Origin: Chloropicon primus
Lineage: Eukaryota
Assembly: GCA_023205875.1 (NCBI GenBank)
Contig: CP060759.1
Location: 1 to 64,000 of the forward strand
DNA length: 64,000 nt
Direction of reading: 5' to 3'
The notes under the pieces were generated by a model. The model saw only the letters and a list, made by a program, of their open reading frames with translations, was not told where the DNA came from and ran no database searches. Made by a program: the position numbers and the translations under genes. Below, piece by piece: positions 28,301-38,515 of the stretch (the stretch's first letter is position 1; each line of letters opens with the position of its first letter).

Positions 28301-30159
28301 ACCCACAGGTGCATCGCGGGGGTCCAGTGGTTGTCGACGATTTCCATCGGCTTGAGGGTCGATATGGAGAAGACGTCCAACCACTTGATCTTGCTGCTCC
28401 CCAAATTCGCGATGGCTGTTTTGACGTCCTCCATCATGGCTGGCAAGACACTCATCGCTTCCATCTGGTACAGTTGGGGAGAAATGAAACACCCGAGGCT
28501 TGCCTCGCACTGGGATTGGGCTGAGGCCAAAAAGTTCTCGAAATCTCTTTTGTACACAGCGACCGTTTTAGCGGCGCCTAGACCACGGTAAGCCGGCTGA
28601 GTGCAAAAGTATATGTCCCACAACCCGCAAACCAGATACCAAATCATGATCTGGGCCCAGAGGGTCTTGTTGGCGCCTTTCCACGGCGTAGTCAAGTCAT
28701 TCATGGCACTCCACGCCTGAGCTGTGTTCTGCCAGAACTGGCCGATCACCAGCGTGATCCGAACCAGGCCTTCCGTGCTCTGCTTGCCATTCTTGTCCGT
28801 GTACGTCGCCTCGTCCCACTCCCTCACGAGCCTGGACCTCATGGTCTCGGTGATCGCCCCTTGAAACTGGTCGTAGTCGCCTGACATGTATTCCTCGAAC
28901 GTGGTCATTTGTGACCACAGCTTCCTGTTCTCAAACACGATCTCACCGTTCAGGTCGAACACGATATCGACCATATCCACGTAAAAGGTTCTCATGTCCT
29001 CCCTCTGCGTGTGCAGGTGACCCGGCTTGATTGTATTGATCCAGTTCAAGTATGTCAAGATGGCGTTGCTTCCGCCCGACACGAGGATCCACGATCCCTC
29101 CAAGCACTTGAGGTGGTCCTCCGTGCTCGCTACGTGGTAAGAGCACTTGGTCCCTTTGGGCGCGTACACCCAGCCGTCCACGAACTCTCCCTCGTTGTGG
29201 GGCTCCTTGCACCTCGGCGTGTCGCAATCGGCGAAGAAGGGGTCCACTTCCTCGACATCGCCGACGCAAGCGTTTGGGACCCCCGCAACGGTGGGGGGGC
29301 TCACTCCGAGAAGGCTGCTTGTCTCCAAGCCACAGGTCTGCGGAACTGCTCCTGCCGCGTTCGTTGGAAGCTTGCCCTTCAGAACGCAAAGGCCCTGGCT
29401 CAGGTTCTCTCCGAAGGAGAAGGTGAACCCCGCGCAGGCGCCCGGCACCACGCCGGACTCGCAGCGCTCCTGGCAAGAGGTTGCGTTCATCACGGACACC
29501 CCTGATGTTGTCGCGTTGGAAGGCCACCAGCCTTGGGCCGTGCCGAAGGCTAGCAAGTCACTCTGCCCCGAGACCTCCAGGGTCTCCAAGTCGGCGCAGG
29601 CGCCGCCCTCTGCCTCGCCGAACGACTTGCCCGCGGCGTAGCACGTCTCCTCCCCGTCCCCCTTGCGCAGCCCGTCGAAGGGTGTCATCCATTTCACGCC
29701 GCAGTCCCTTGGCGCGCTGAAACTGTCGTAACCCGAATCCTCTGTCCACATCGGACTCGCCCAAGTCGTGGCCTTCTTGAACTCGCACTTGAACTCGCTC
29801 TTCTTCCAGGTGAAGACTTCGCAATCTGATAGCTGCTGGCACAGTTCCTCGCACTCGCTCGGGTGCATGATGTGCTTGTCCACAAGCACCCCCTCGCCGT
29901 ACCAAGCCAGAGCTTCCCGGTAGCAAGATTCCCCGCACGCCACGCCCACGAGGGGTGCGAAGGCCGCAGCCCCAGCGGACGAGGAAGACGAAGACGGCTC
30001 GCCATACGTCCCTGCAGTGAGCTGGTACCCGTGGCACTTTTCCGTTACCAGCGCACTCGCCGTTCCCGACGTGGACAAAAAGCCACCGCTGACCAGCAGG
30101 ACCGAGATCCCACAGGACCACTTCAAAGATGGCGCCTTTCGCCTCCTCGCCTTCCCCAT
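25399..30159 (-). CDS. Multidomain membrane protein: 2x PAN/Apple + SGNH-like esterase/acetyltransferase + acyltransferase-3 + GH130/beta-mannosyltransferase-like propeller
   Basis: Signal peptide; CEELCQQLSDCEVFTW (PAN); ILVSGGSN and VDNH (SGNH); ARFIASVHIVVGH, WFFMLSGF and HCWFLS (AT3); INPS, GPEDPK and EKNW (propeller). Confidence 0.8.
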   Translation of the reverse strand: MGKARRRKAPSLKWSCGISVLLVSGGFLSTSGTASALVTEKCHGYQLTAGTYGEPSSSSSSAGAAAFAPLVGVACGESCYREALAWYGEGVLVDKHIMHPSECEELCQQLSDCEVFTWKKSEFKCEFKKATTWASPMWTEDSGYDSFSAPRDCGVKWMTPFDGLRKGDGEETCYAAGKSFGEAEGGACADLETLEVSGQSDLLAFGTAQGWWPSNATTSGVSVMNATSCQERCESGVVPGACAGFTFSFGENLSQGLCVLKGKLPTNAAGAVPQTCGLETSSLLGVSPPTVAGVPNACVGDVEEVDPFFADCDTPRCKEPHNEGEFVDGWVYAPKGTKCSYHVASTEDHLKCLEGSWILVSGGSNAILTYLNWINTIKPGHLHTQREDMRTFYVDMVDIVFDLNGEIVFENRKLWSQMTTFEEYMSGDYDQFQGAITETMRSRLVREWDEATYTDKNGKQSTEGLVRITLVIGQFWQNTAQAWSAMNDLTTPWKGANKTLWAQIMIWYLVCGLWDIYFCTQPAYRGLGAAKTVAVYKRDFENFLASAQSQCEASLGCFISPQLYQMEAMSVLPAMMEDVKTAIANLGSSKIKWLDVFSISTLKPMEIVDNHWTPAMHLWVVTILLNSICEYKEHDVGCPQQVTFTKGCTAGNLEDLECSECQCPLYKEMCAKNTDGCKDWECLNSRSCSVGARAISSDTRVRNASDAACRPDIHVDTSHPPRGTGARRRVWQGSAGDAWLLCSLVSVAAILILFGKEFKRRKWMMRKPPSKLEGTTAQNPDSAAEAKKPTHYLGALGFARFIASVHIVVGHLYAKGALKNPIHMFQYGFSWVPWFFMLSGFVLTHARLTSRDPSKVDDTLTFVWKRLANIFPMYAVGVLIAALIRVAQSKTLPQTWILVLQSWLLQSFIPMATERALQVHCWFLSCMVAYWVSFKPLYTAVVKEMRLKQTLLALFALALVPWLASMVMPPLIGEPLLWYKEHRTGAVDNAVDIWTVFIKFNPLCYWHVFAFGMLLSRLRILILEDHRSHLMEKLPLLWRAVQCGCASVGYAGLLLVMNVGEIQPPAHKISTRLSILMPLQGLVLLGLSFEGDPVARAFKSIPKVVGDSSYPQYVLQFVAYEVWPTETIRDPSFFIFLTSVAIISAKAIQENARRLWMLARASAVISPALLMVVMVALSELYKPRSSGEGSYPALPVHVNTTRGKYIAVDMRLNFQRYPPGGDGGLAVINPSLAVVKGKLVLVARLHGITEEKRKNVQWEGKSVTEIVTRWYSSLVVGHNAMDAGSWLGWDAGSWNLSDFKVEDLALVSNVTEPHRSRWGSLHDPRFGPLCEPEPVYIPSNNTLIRKVVTGPEDPKLLSLGAATFLTFNSLLPPNLAITAQCHQTRYGVQQMFLSSPYDPTAVESGTLPHAVRLKCGSETRDEKNWIGFQYGDQLLYVYSVYPHKVLQVRKEDGACVEKWSTADYLPLFQASLAAEADIHGSGSATLVSNPDGDDYYLALLHYLTRKERVYTSLAYKFEAKPPFKVLGVSKPLPLQGSTRAFASSLLVLPEQGKVVIGYGVANAEARALVMDVRDLEALFECSKETT

Positions 30160-30563
30160 GGTGGCCTCCCAGGCTTCCTCCTCTTGCCCTCTGACCCCTC
30201 CCGTCCCCCCCCCTCCTCCTCCTCCTCCCCTTAACCTCCCCTCCTGCCAGGCAACGGTTTGTCCTCCCTCGCGAAGCACATTTGTCTCCTTGAATCCCCT
30301 GTCCCTCCTCTCCCTCCTCCCTCCTCCCTGTCCCCTCCTCCCTCCTCCCTGTCCCCTCCTCCCTGGTCGGGCTCCGCTCCAAGGCACCTGTCCCCGCTCC
30401 TGGTTCCAACTTCCAATTTCAATTTCATTTTCATCCCCTCCCCTCGTCATTCGCATCCGCCCCACGACCACGACGACGACGACGGGCGCGAGGAGGAGGC
30501 GAGGTGAGGTGAGGTGACCAACCAACCAACCAACCAACCAACCAACCAACCAACCAACGGTTC

Positions 30564-30611
<48 letters not shown>

Positions 30612-30742
30612 TTTGGTTTGGGCGACAGGGACTGAGACGTTCTTCCTTGCATGGCAATCCTTTCTCCTTTCCTTGTTTCGTTTCCTATGGTTTCAAGCAG
30701 GCAGGAGGGTTGGCTTGGCGCGAAGGGGAAGAGACGAAGGGG

Positions 30743-31396
30743 ATGTGGCGTTTGTTGGGAGGGGGGAAGGGATTGGCAGGGAGGATTGGGGCGCGAGTGG
30801 TGGGACCTGCGACGCTGGAAAATGCGGGAGGCAACCTTCATGTAAGGGAAATGGTCCTCCGAGGAAACCTAGCGAGAGACACGGCGAGAAGTCTGTGTGA
30901 CTCGATCCAGCCCAGAGCCGGTGAGATCGACGGCCTCAGGCACTCGCTCTTGTTGCGGAGCGCGCAAGCGCACGGCCTCCAAGCTTGCAGGATCCCGGGA
31001 AGGTCCGGAGGAGCCAAGGAAGAAGGTTGTGACAACGAAGGCTTGGCCCGCGGCGGGTTGGTGCACCCAAGCGTCCTGCTGTGGGGGGATTCCGTCTCGA
31101 TGGCAGAGGCGGGGCAGAAGACAGAGAATCGCCTGCGCCTGGGACCCTCCGTCCCGCGTGCTCCCTGGGCGCTGTTGAGCGGTGAGGTGGGCGACATGGT
31201 GGATCCACGCCCGGCGCTAGTAGTTCCAGGTTACGGTCCAGGAGAGGGCATGCTCCTGGCTCCCAAACGGACTTACCAGCCCTCGATCCTTCGCAGGAAG
31301 AGGCGGCACGGTTTCCTGAAAAGGAAATCGACCGTGGGTGGCCGACGGGTCCTGAGCCGAAGAAGGAAGAAGGGCAGGTGGAGACTCACGGCTTGA
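30743..31396 (+). CDS. Organellar (probably mitochondrial) ribosomal protein L34 precursor
   Basis: C-terminal [43 protein letters not shown]; start and exon structure uncertain. Confidence 0.85.
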   Translation: MWRLLGGGKGLAGRIGARVVGPATLENAGGNLHVREMVLRGNLARDTARSLCDSIQPRAGEIDGLRHSLLLRSAQAHGLQACRIPGRSGGAKEEGCDNEGLARGGLVHPSVLLWGDSVSMAEAGQKTENRLRLGPSVPRAPWALLSGEVGDMVDPRPALVVPGYGPGEGMLLAPKRTYQPSILRRKRRHGFLKRKSTVGGRRVLSRRRKKGRWRLTA

Positions 31397-31513
31397 CTTG
31401 GCTCGAACTCTGGACCGAGGCCTGGCAGGAAAGACCGAATATTCGTTCGTGGAGCATAAATAAATAGCAAAATTCGGGGATAGGGCTTGGTGATCTTTAT
31501 TTTTTTTGTCCCT

Positions 31514-33128
31514 TCAGTTGTAGTTCTCCACCCCCATGTCCCTGAGCGCGGCGATCGCAACGTCGTTGCAGATCTTCTGGTGCTGTTCCTGGATGGCCCT
31601 CACTTGCTTCTCCATGCCCGCCTTGAGGAGCAAGGCCTTCACTTTGGCGCTCCTCACGGCGCAGTTCCTCAACAGCATGCAGCACTGCTTCATCAGCTTG
31701 GGCTTGTCCAGGTATTTCGCGATGAATTCAAAGACAAAGTCGAAACCCCCGCAGTCCGCGAAGTGTTCCGCAACGTCAGGATTCCGCAGAGCTATGTTGG
31801 TCAGGATGTAAAGCAGGGACTGGATGACAGTAGTGCTGCTGGCGGTGAGGTTGTTCTCCTTGTCGTGCCCCTCGAAGATCTCGATGGCCATCTCGATCGC
31901 CTCCGACTCTATGAGCTTCTTCTTCACGGTATCGCAGGCGGAGATCTGCTTCAGCAGCATGAGGACGGACATGGCGACGTCCTTGGACTTGGCAGCCGCT
32001 GACCCGGCGCTGGACCTCAGGACAGAGAGGAGCATGGGGATGCAGTTGGGCTTCTCCTCCACAAACTTTTTGCAGATCTCGTCGTTCAGTGCGATCTTCC
32101 TCATGGCGATGGCCAAGCTTCGCATCACGTCCCTCCTCGCGGGCTCCTCGATCTCTTTCGCGTGCATGTTCACCTCGAAGCAGGACATGAGCGCGCTCGT
32201 CACGCCATCCTTGTCCATGCTCAGCGCCTTCATGAACTCTCCGCCGAACTGGGCCTCCAGGGCGAGGGGCGTTGGCCTTTCGTCGGAGAGGGAAACGGGA
32301 AAGGGGCGACCAAAGCAGTCAGAGAAGCGGAACCGAGGGTTCGGGGGTTCGGGGGAGACTCGCGACGTTATCGATGACTCACCTGGTGTCGTCCGCCGTC
32401 AGGATGCCCTTGATGCAAGAGCAGCACGCTTCCACGTTCGTCTTGCTGTGAGTTCCCTTGTCTCCGTACCGCCCCAGGTTGGCCGCCAAAAGTTTGGGCA
32501 GCCCGTCCGACATGAAGTTGCACTTGCCCTCCTCCTGCTCCTTCATCGAGATGGCGCTCACCTCCAGCAGCAGGTCCAGGAGGGCGACGTCTTCAGGAGT
32601 GGCGTCGTCCTTCCCGCACTCCTCCAGCTTCATCATCATTCTCCTCGGGCCTTTCCCCTCCACGAAGTGGTCGCGCGCGTGGTCCGACTCGAGCTGCAAC
32701 TTGAGAGTGCCGAGCGCCAGAGAGAGGAGTTGGCGGTCGCTTTCGGCCTCCGCCCGATCGCACACCGCGAAGAGGGACTCGACGCTGCCCTTCTTCGCCG
32801 AAGCGAGGAAGAGCTGCGCTTTCTTCCCCTCGTCGTCCTCCTCCAGGGCCCTGAGCAGCTCCTCCTTGAGCCCCTGGACCCCCTCCCTGACGTCTTTGTC
32901 CTGGTCCTCCCTTTCGAGAACCCTCTTGAGCTCCGTCGCCATGTTCGCGGTTGGCATGTTGGCCAAGACCTGCGCCCCCTTGACCTGTTTGATGATCCCT
33001 TCCAAGGAAACCCCTTGTATGTCATACTCCTCTATCGCAGCCTGCACGGCTTCGTTTGGTTCGAGTCCCAACCCTTCCACCATCTCGTCCACCGCATCGT
33101 CAAACTCCTCCTGCGTGATCCTCTTCAT
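31514..33128 (-). CDS. ARMC6: Armadillo repeat-containing protein 6 homolog; intron 32278-32382
   Basis: ITQEEFDDAVDEMVEGLGLEPNEAVQAAIEEYDIQGVSL N-terminus; LNDEICKK; AIAALRDMG C-terminus. Confidence 0.85.
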
Positions 33129-33545
33129 CCCAACACAACACCAGCAATCCTCCTCGTCCTCGTCCTCGTCCTCGTCTTCGTCGTCGTTGTTGTCGTCCTC
33201 GTTGTTGTTGTCGTCTGTCGCTGCTGCGTTGTTTTGTGTTTTGGTTTTGAAAAAGACGGATCCGGTTCCCGCCACGAGAGGACCATATTTGTGGCGGGAG
33301 ATCGAGGACCACAACTAAGGAGGAGAGGAAACACAGAGGACGACAGAGGACGGGACACAACACACACACAGAGGACAACACACAACACAGAGGACAACAA
33401 GGAGGAGACACAACACACAAACAAAGCGGGACAGAAAAACAACAACGACAACAACGACGACGACACAACGGGATTGGATTGGTTTGGTTTGGTTTGGGAT
33501 CACAACACCAGCACCAGGATCGTGTGGTGTGGTGTGCGGCGTGGG

Positions 33546-34184
33546 ATGGAGAGGTGCGGAGGGGGTCGTGGGAGGGCAAGGGGGAGAGGGATGCTCGGGA
33601 GGACGAGCAAGGCCCCGAGGGGGGTGCCGAGTGCGAACCGAAGCACGATCTCACGAGGAGGGGCAGGGACGTCGTGGGATGAGTTGGGGCTGGAGATGGC
33701 GCTGAGGTCTGCGGAGGCCTCCGCGCTGGCGTCGTCGTCCGAGAGCGGTGGGGAGGTGGAGGACGAGCCGGAGTTCAGGGCGTGCGTCGAGAAGGTGATG
33801 GGGCTCGAGGGGGGGCTCCTGGACGAGGAGGAGAGCACCGCCGCGCTCAAGGACGCGTTCGGGTGGTCGAAGCAGACCTACTGGAGGAAGTCCAAGGTCG
33901 AGGAGAATCCATCCTCCGCAGAACTCGAGGGGAGGCTGGCCGTCCTGCTGGACCTGGGGCTGACGGAGGCGGAGGTCGTCAAGGTGGTTCGGGACTTTCC
34001 AGAGTTCCTGGGGTGCGACGAGGAGCTCCTGAGGAAGAACATCGAGTACGTTGGCAAAACTTTCTTCGTCAGAGACAAGGCGCTTCTGCAGACGATCGTG
34101 AGGAAGCCCGCTATCCTGGGCAACATCGTGGACTGCGAAGGAAACTGCGTGGGCGAGTGCAACCGTTGTTGGGTTCGATTCTAA
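33546..34184 (+). CDS. mTERF-like organellar protein with a Cys-rich C-terminus
   Basis: LLDLGLTEAEVVKVVRDFPEFLGC and IVRKPAILG mTERF-like repeats; DCEGNCVGECNRCWVRF end. Confidence 0.7.
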   Translation: MERCGGGRGRARGRGMLGRTSKAPRGVPSANRSTISRGGAGTSWDELGLEMALRSAEASALASSSESGGEVEDEPEFRACVEKVMGLEGGLLDEEESTAALKDAFGWSKQTYWRKSKVEENPSSAELEGRLAVLLDLGLTEAEVVKVVRDFPEFLGCDEELLRKNIEYVGKTFFVRDKALLQTIVRKPAILGNIVDCEGNCVGECNRCWVRF

Positions 34185-34764
34185 AGTTCACCCCTTTGGG
34201 GGTTGGGTGTGTTACAAGCACCCCTTGGATTTCTTTGTGCTTCTCCGTTTTCCCCCCTTCCCAGCAGTCCCTTCCCCTCTTCTGTCCCCCCCACAGTGGT
34301 CTCGGGAGCCCAGACGAGCCCCGATGAATGACGGAGAGGAGACCACCTCTGCCTCCCCATTGCATCCCTCCCGTGTTCCCTCCTCCTCCTGGCTCCCTCC
34401 CGCCATTTTCCAAGGCTCCACCTTGGCTTGGCCCCGGGGAAGAGGAGTGGAGAACCAATTCATCCCCGCTCCCAAACCTACCCCCCCTCCTCCACCTCAT
34501 GATGATGATCACCCCCCTCCTCCCTCCTCCCTCCTCGGTCCTCCCTCCTCGGTCCTCCCGCCCTTTTTCAATCCAGCGTCCAAGGCGTCATCTTGGGAGG
34601 CCAAGGCCAAGACGAGGCGAGGCGGGAGGAGAGCCAGGACGAGGACGATGACGCAAGGGAACTCCCAGAGAGGGAGAACACAGACACAACACTGAGGCAG
34701 AGCAAAGAAAACGATTTTCTAAACCAACCATACAAAGGAGGAGGACCGGTCGGTTGTCGGTTGC

Positions 34765-34795
<31 letters not shown>

Positions 34796-34814
34796 CGACA
34801 ACAACGACAACAAC

Positions 34815-36395
34815 ATGTCGGTCTCCGAGACACCACAGAAGAGCGTGGACCAGCTTGTCAAGTTCTATGGCGAGCTTTACGACAAGGAGCGGGACGAGGC
34901 GTCCTCGGGGGCGAGCACGAACACGGGGTTCTCCCTGCGGAGCTCCGAGGGGGCGACGACCTCCCGGGGGGCGAGCACGAGCGGTGAAATGTTTTTGAGG
35001 GAGTACTACGAGTGCCTCTCGAACGACCTGGACAACCTCGTGGAGTTCTACGACGAGGAAGCGGTGCTGACCCTGCAGTACGACGACGAGGGCGAGGAAG
35101 TGTCGAGCAAAGTGGTCGGCGTCTTTGACACCACGGACGACGAGGAGGACGGGGGAGGGAAAAGGAGGACGGGGGAGGGAAAAGAAGGCAAGGTCTCCTT
35201 CCCCTTGTCGCCCATAGGACGGGAGATAAGGCGGCAACCGATCGTGGAGGGAAAGGAGGCGATAGGGGAGAGGCTGCGACTCATCTACCAGGGGAGGAGG
35301 GCCACGATCTCTTCCATAGACTGCCAGATGAGTTCGAGAGGGACCATGCTGCTCGTGGCTTCGGGGACCCTGGACCCCAAGCCAAGCGCAACGGTGGACG
35401 TGGAAGCGCTGTACGGGTACGACAGCGCGCCATTCGTGCAGAGCTTCATCGTGACCTGCGTGGAGGGGGAGGACTTGAAGATCACGAACGACATCTTGCG
35501 CCGGTCGGAGCCCAAGATACTGGGGCAGGTGCCCCAGCTGGACAGCAAGATCGGGACTCCGGTGATCGGCCGGCCGAAGGGCCTCGGCCTGAATTCTGAG
35601 GAGCCGGCCGGGGGAAGTGAGAGCGTCGCCGGGGTCGGCACGGGAGGGAGCACGACGGCCTTGGAAGGCAGCTACACCACGCCCCTGACCAACCAGTCCG
35701 CGGTGAGGTATTCTGGGAAATCCAAGTCCAAGTCAACGTCCTCGTCGAGCAGGAAGCTGAGCTCGTCGTCGAGGAAGCGGAGGAAGGAAAGGACGAGGCG
35801 GCCCACCCCCAAGCGCCTCTTTCAGCCCGTGTCCCTCACCGAGAAGATCAAGGGGGGCGGGGAGGCCACCGGGACGGGCAACAACCTCGCCGCGTTGATG
35901 ACGTTCATCGCGTCTCTTTGTGAGATTCTCGTCAACAGCGTGTGGAGTGCGGTGGCCATCCTTCACGTCGTGGGCACCCTCAGCCTCCTCCTCTCGGTCT
36001 CTGCCATGTTCCTCAAGTCCAGGAACGACCTTTTTGCGCTAGAGCAAAAAGCCAAGGAGATAGAGCAAGGGGTGGCAGAAGCCGCGGTGGTGGGGGACTT
36101 TGGCCCTTCCGCCGTGAAGAACCTGGCATCGGGCACTTTCTTGCAGGCGAGCAAGATGAAAGCGGAGTCGGGCCACCACCGCAGGCCTCACTTTGAGGGC
36201 GGGAACCTCGACCAATGGAGCTCCAACTCGAACTCTTTGGACTACCTCAACGTCAAGGTGAACACCGATGAAGTTTTGGGCTCCTCGAAAAGCGGGGCGG
36301 CGTACAGCAGCACGGGACTCCTCAACTCCTTGCAGAACGGAGAATACGACCTGGTGAAAGGTGGCGGAGGGCTGCCACCGTTCAAGGACGAGTGA
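34815..36395 (+). CDS. NTF2-like domain protein with a hydrophobic segment near the C-terminus
   Basis: FLREYYECL...LVEFYDEEAVLT...GKEAI...ISSIDCQ...FVQSF...ITNDILR. Confidence 0.75.
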   Translation: MSVSETPQKSVDQLVKFYGELYDKERDEASSGASTNTGFSLRSSEGATTSRGASTSGEMFLREYYECLSNDLDNLVEFYDEEAVLTLQYDDEGEEVSSKVVGVFDTTDDEEDGGGKRRTGEGKEGKVSFPLSPIGREIRRQPIVEGKEAIGERLRLIYQGRRATISSIDCQMSSRGTMLLVASGTLDPKPSATVDVEALYGYDSAPFVQSFIVTCVEGEDLKITNDILRRSEPKILGQVPQLDSKIGTPVIGRPKGLGLNSEEPAGGSESVAGVGTGGSTTALEGSYTTPLTNQSAVRYSGKSKSKSTSSSSRKLSSSSRKRRKERTRRPTPKRLFQPVSLTEKIKGGGEATGTGNNLAALMTFIASLCEILVNSVWSAVAILHVVGTLSLLLSVSAMFLKSRNDLFALEQKAKEIEQGVAEAAVVGDFGPSAVKNLASGTFLQASKMKAESGHHRRPHFEGGNLDQWSSNSNSLDYLNVKVNTDEVLGSSKSGAAYSSTGLLNSLQNGEYDLVKGGGGLPPFKDE

Positions 36396-36576
36396 GTTTG
36401 TCTCAAAAAAAACGCTACGCTTTGTTTAAGAAATTGTGCGCAATACATGTATTCATTCCTTGTGCGTGCGAGCGTGCCGTGCATGTGCTTACTCACTGAC
36501 ACCCTACTACTATTTAACAACGCGGGAACGGGAACGACTTGAGCAAGTCCTCGCCTTTCGGTCGCACGACTCCCGC

Positions 36577-37184
36577 CTAGTTGACCTTCTCCTTGTTGTC
36601 CTTCTTCGTCAATGTGGAGGCCAAGGTGAGAATCAGCAGGAGAACTCCGGTGGCCTCCAGGAGCTTGGGCACCACGACCACGTAAGGAATGAACGAGAAC
36701 AATTGGGCCTTGGTGTTCACCTCGATGAGAACACCAAGGAGAAGGAGGCCGATGGCCCAAAACGAGAACAAGTTGGCTCCTCTCTGCAAGGAGGACAAGT
36801 CAGTTTCCGGGGATCTGGAACACCTGGGACAGGACAAACGAAACGAGGGACTATTTTACTTACCCCGTCCACGACCAGGTTCACGACTGGAGGGATGGCC
36901 AGTATGCTCGAGATGGCAACAACGAATTGGCTCAACTCCGCTACTTGCGAGACCAGGCCCGGAAGGAAGACCTTCAAGAGCATGGGTGCCTCGGTCCCTA
37001 TCAGCAGTCCGCAGACCCCAAGCAAGAAGGTTGGGATGGCCATGGTCAGCAAGATGCCGTTCACGCCCATCTGGCGGAGTGCGAAGGACACGTAGAAGTA
37101 AGCCAGCAAAGGCCCGGCCACCATTGATACGAGGAGGCCCACGTCCACGAGGTCAAGCCCCGGGTAGAGCTCTTCTTTGAACAT
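36577..37184 (-). CDS. Hypothetical multi-pass membrane protein; intron 36784-36863
   Basis: Two hydrophobic ORF segments are joined in frame by a GTAAGT...CTGAC...GCAG intron (VVDG-RGANLF). Confidence 0.65.
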
Positions 37185-38515
37185 TCTTGTGCGATATCCA
37201 AGTGCTGCTCTTCACCCCTTCGGTGTTGGTGTCTTGGCGTGCGTTCGTCTCTCCACCAATTCAATTACAACTCCCTCTTCGGTTGGAGCGTGAGCGTGAG
37301 TTGGCAAACGCAAACGCAAACCAAGTCAAGTCTTGTCCAGTCAAGTCTTGTCCAGTGTCCTCCAGGACCCCGAGTCACCCCCTTCCCACGCTAAGCTAAG
37401 GCTAAGGCTAAGGCTAAGCGAGGCGCTACGATCAATCCAGGGGACCAAACCGAAACCTTTCCTCCTTTTTCTGGGACCAGAAGAAGAAGAGAAGAGGTAC
37501 ACTCGATCCTCGCTCGCTCCCCCCTCAACGGAACTTCTTCCCTTTCCCTTTCCTTTTCCTTTTCCTCCCACGAAAACGAAAACGACCCCGAAGATTCTTC
37601 CAAGAATACAATACAATAGCACGTGGACGATGATTCTCCTTTCCTCTCCTCTCCTCTCCTCTCCTCTCCTCTCCTCTCGTGTCGTGTCGTCTGCTTCCTC
37701 GGGGGTTGATAGGCTATTCGATCCTGTGGAAACTCAAGAGCATCTTTGTTGACCCCAACCAAGGGGTCTCCTTCTCCATACCATGGAATTGGTACCAAGT
37801 CTCTTGTCGTCCTCCTGGGCTCCTGGACACTTTTTCACTCCCCTCGCCTCGCGTCCCTGTCTCGTCCTGTCTTGTCCTTCCCCCAGCTCAGGCAAGCAGC
37901 GCAGGCCGGGAAGCCCACGCCACCACCTTCACCACAACCTTCACCACAACCTTCACCTTGACTTGAGCAGAGACGAGGGACGAGCAACACGAGGTGGACA
38001 CGAGGTGGACACGAGGGGAGGATACACATAACACAATCAGGGGGGACGACCGCGGCGAACACACACGCACGTACACTTACACTTGCTTTAGAAGAGGTAG
38101 GGAATTACCATTGATTCCAAGACAAGGCTTGGGAATTACCCTGCCTTGGCCCAGTAGACGGACCTGAAGCAACAACTTGGGTGTTGTGTTGTGTTGTGTT
38201 GTTTTCCAGCTCCAGCTCCGCGTGTTGAAGGGTTTCCATTACGACTTGGACTTGTACATTGAGGCGGACGAGTGCGAGACATTCATTCCCTTTGTTGAAG
38301 TTGCTGCGGTGGGTCGGTTTAGCAAACCGATACCAATCCAATCCAATCCAATCCAACAAGATCGAACGATCGATTGAGACATAGTCGAATACTCTAAGCG
38401 GTGGGCGGCTTGAGTGCTTGGTAAAGAGGAAGTCTTCGTCTTCGTCTTCGTCTTCGTCTTTGTCTTTGTCTTTGACAACACAACAGCAGCCGATCGAGAC
38501 CGAGACCGAGACACC

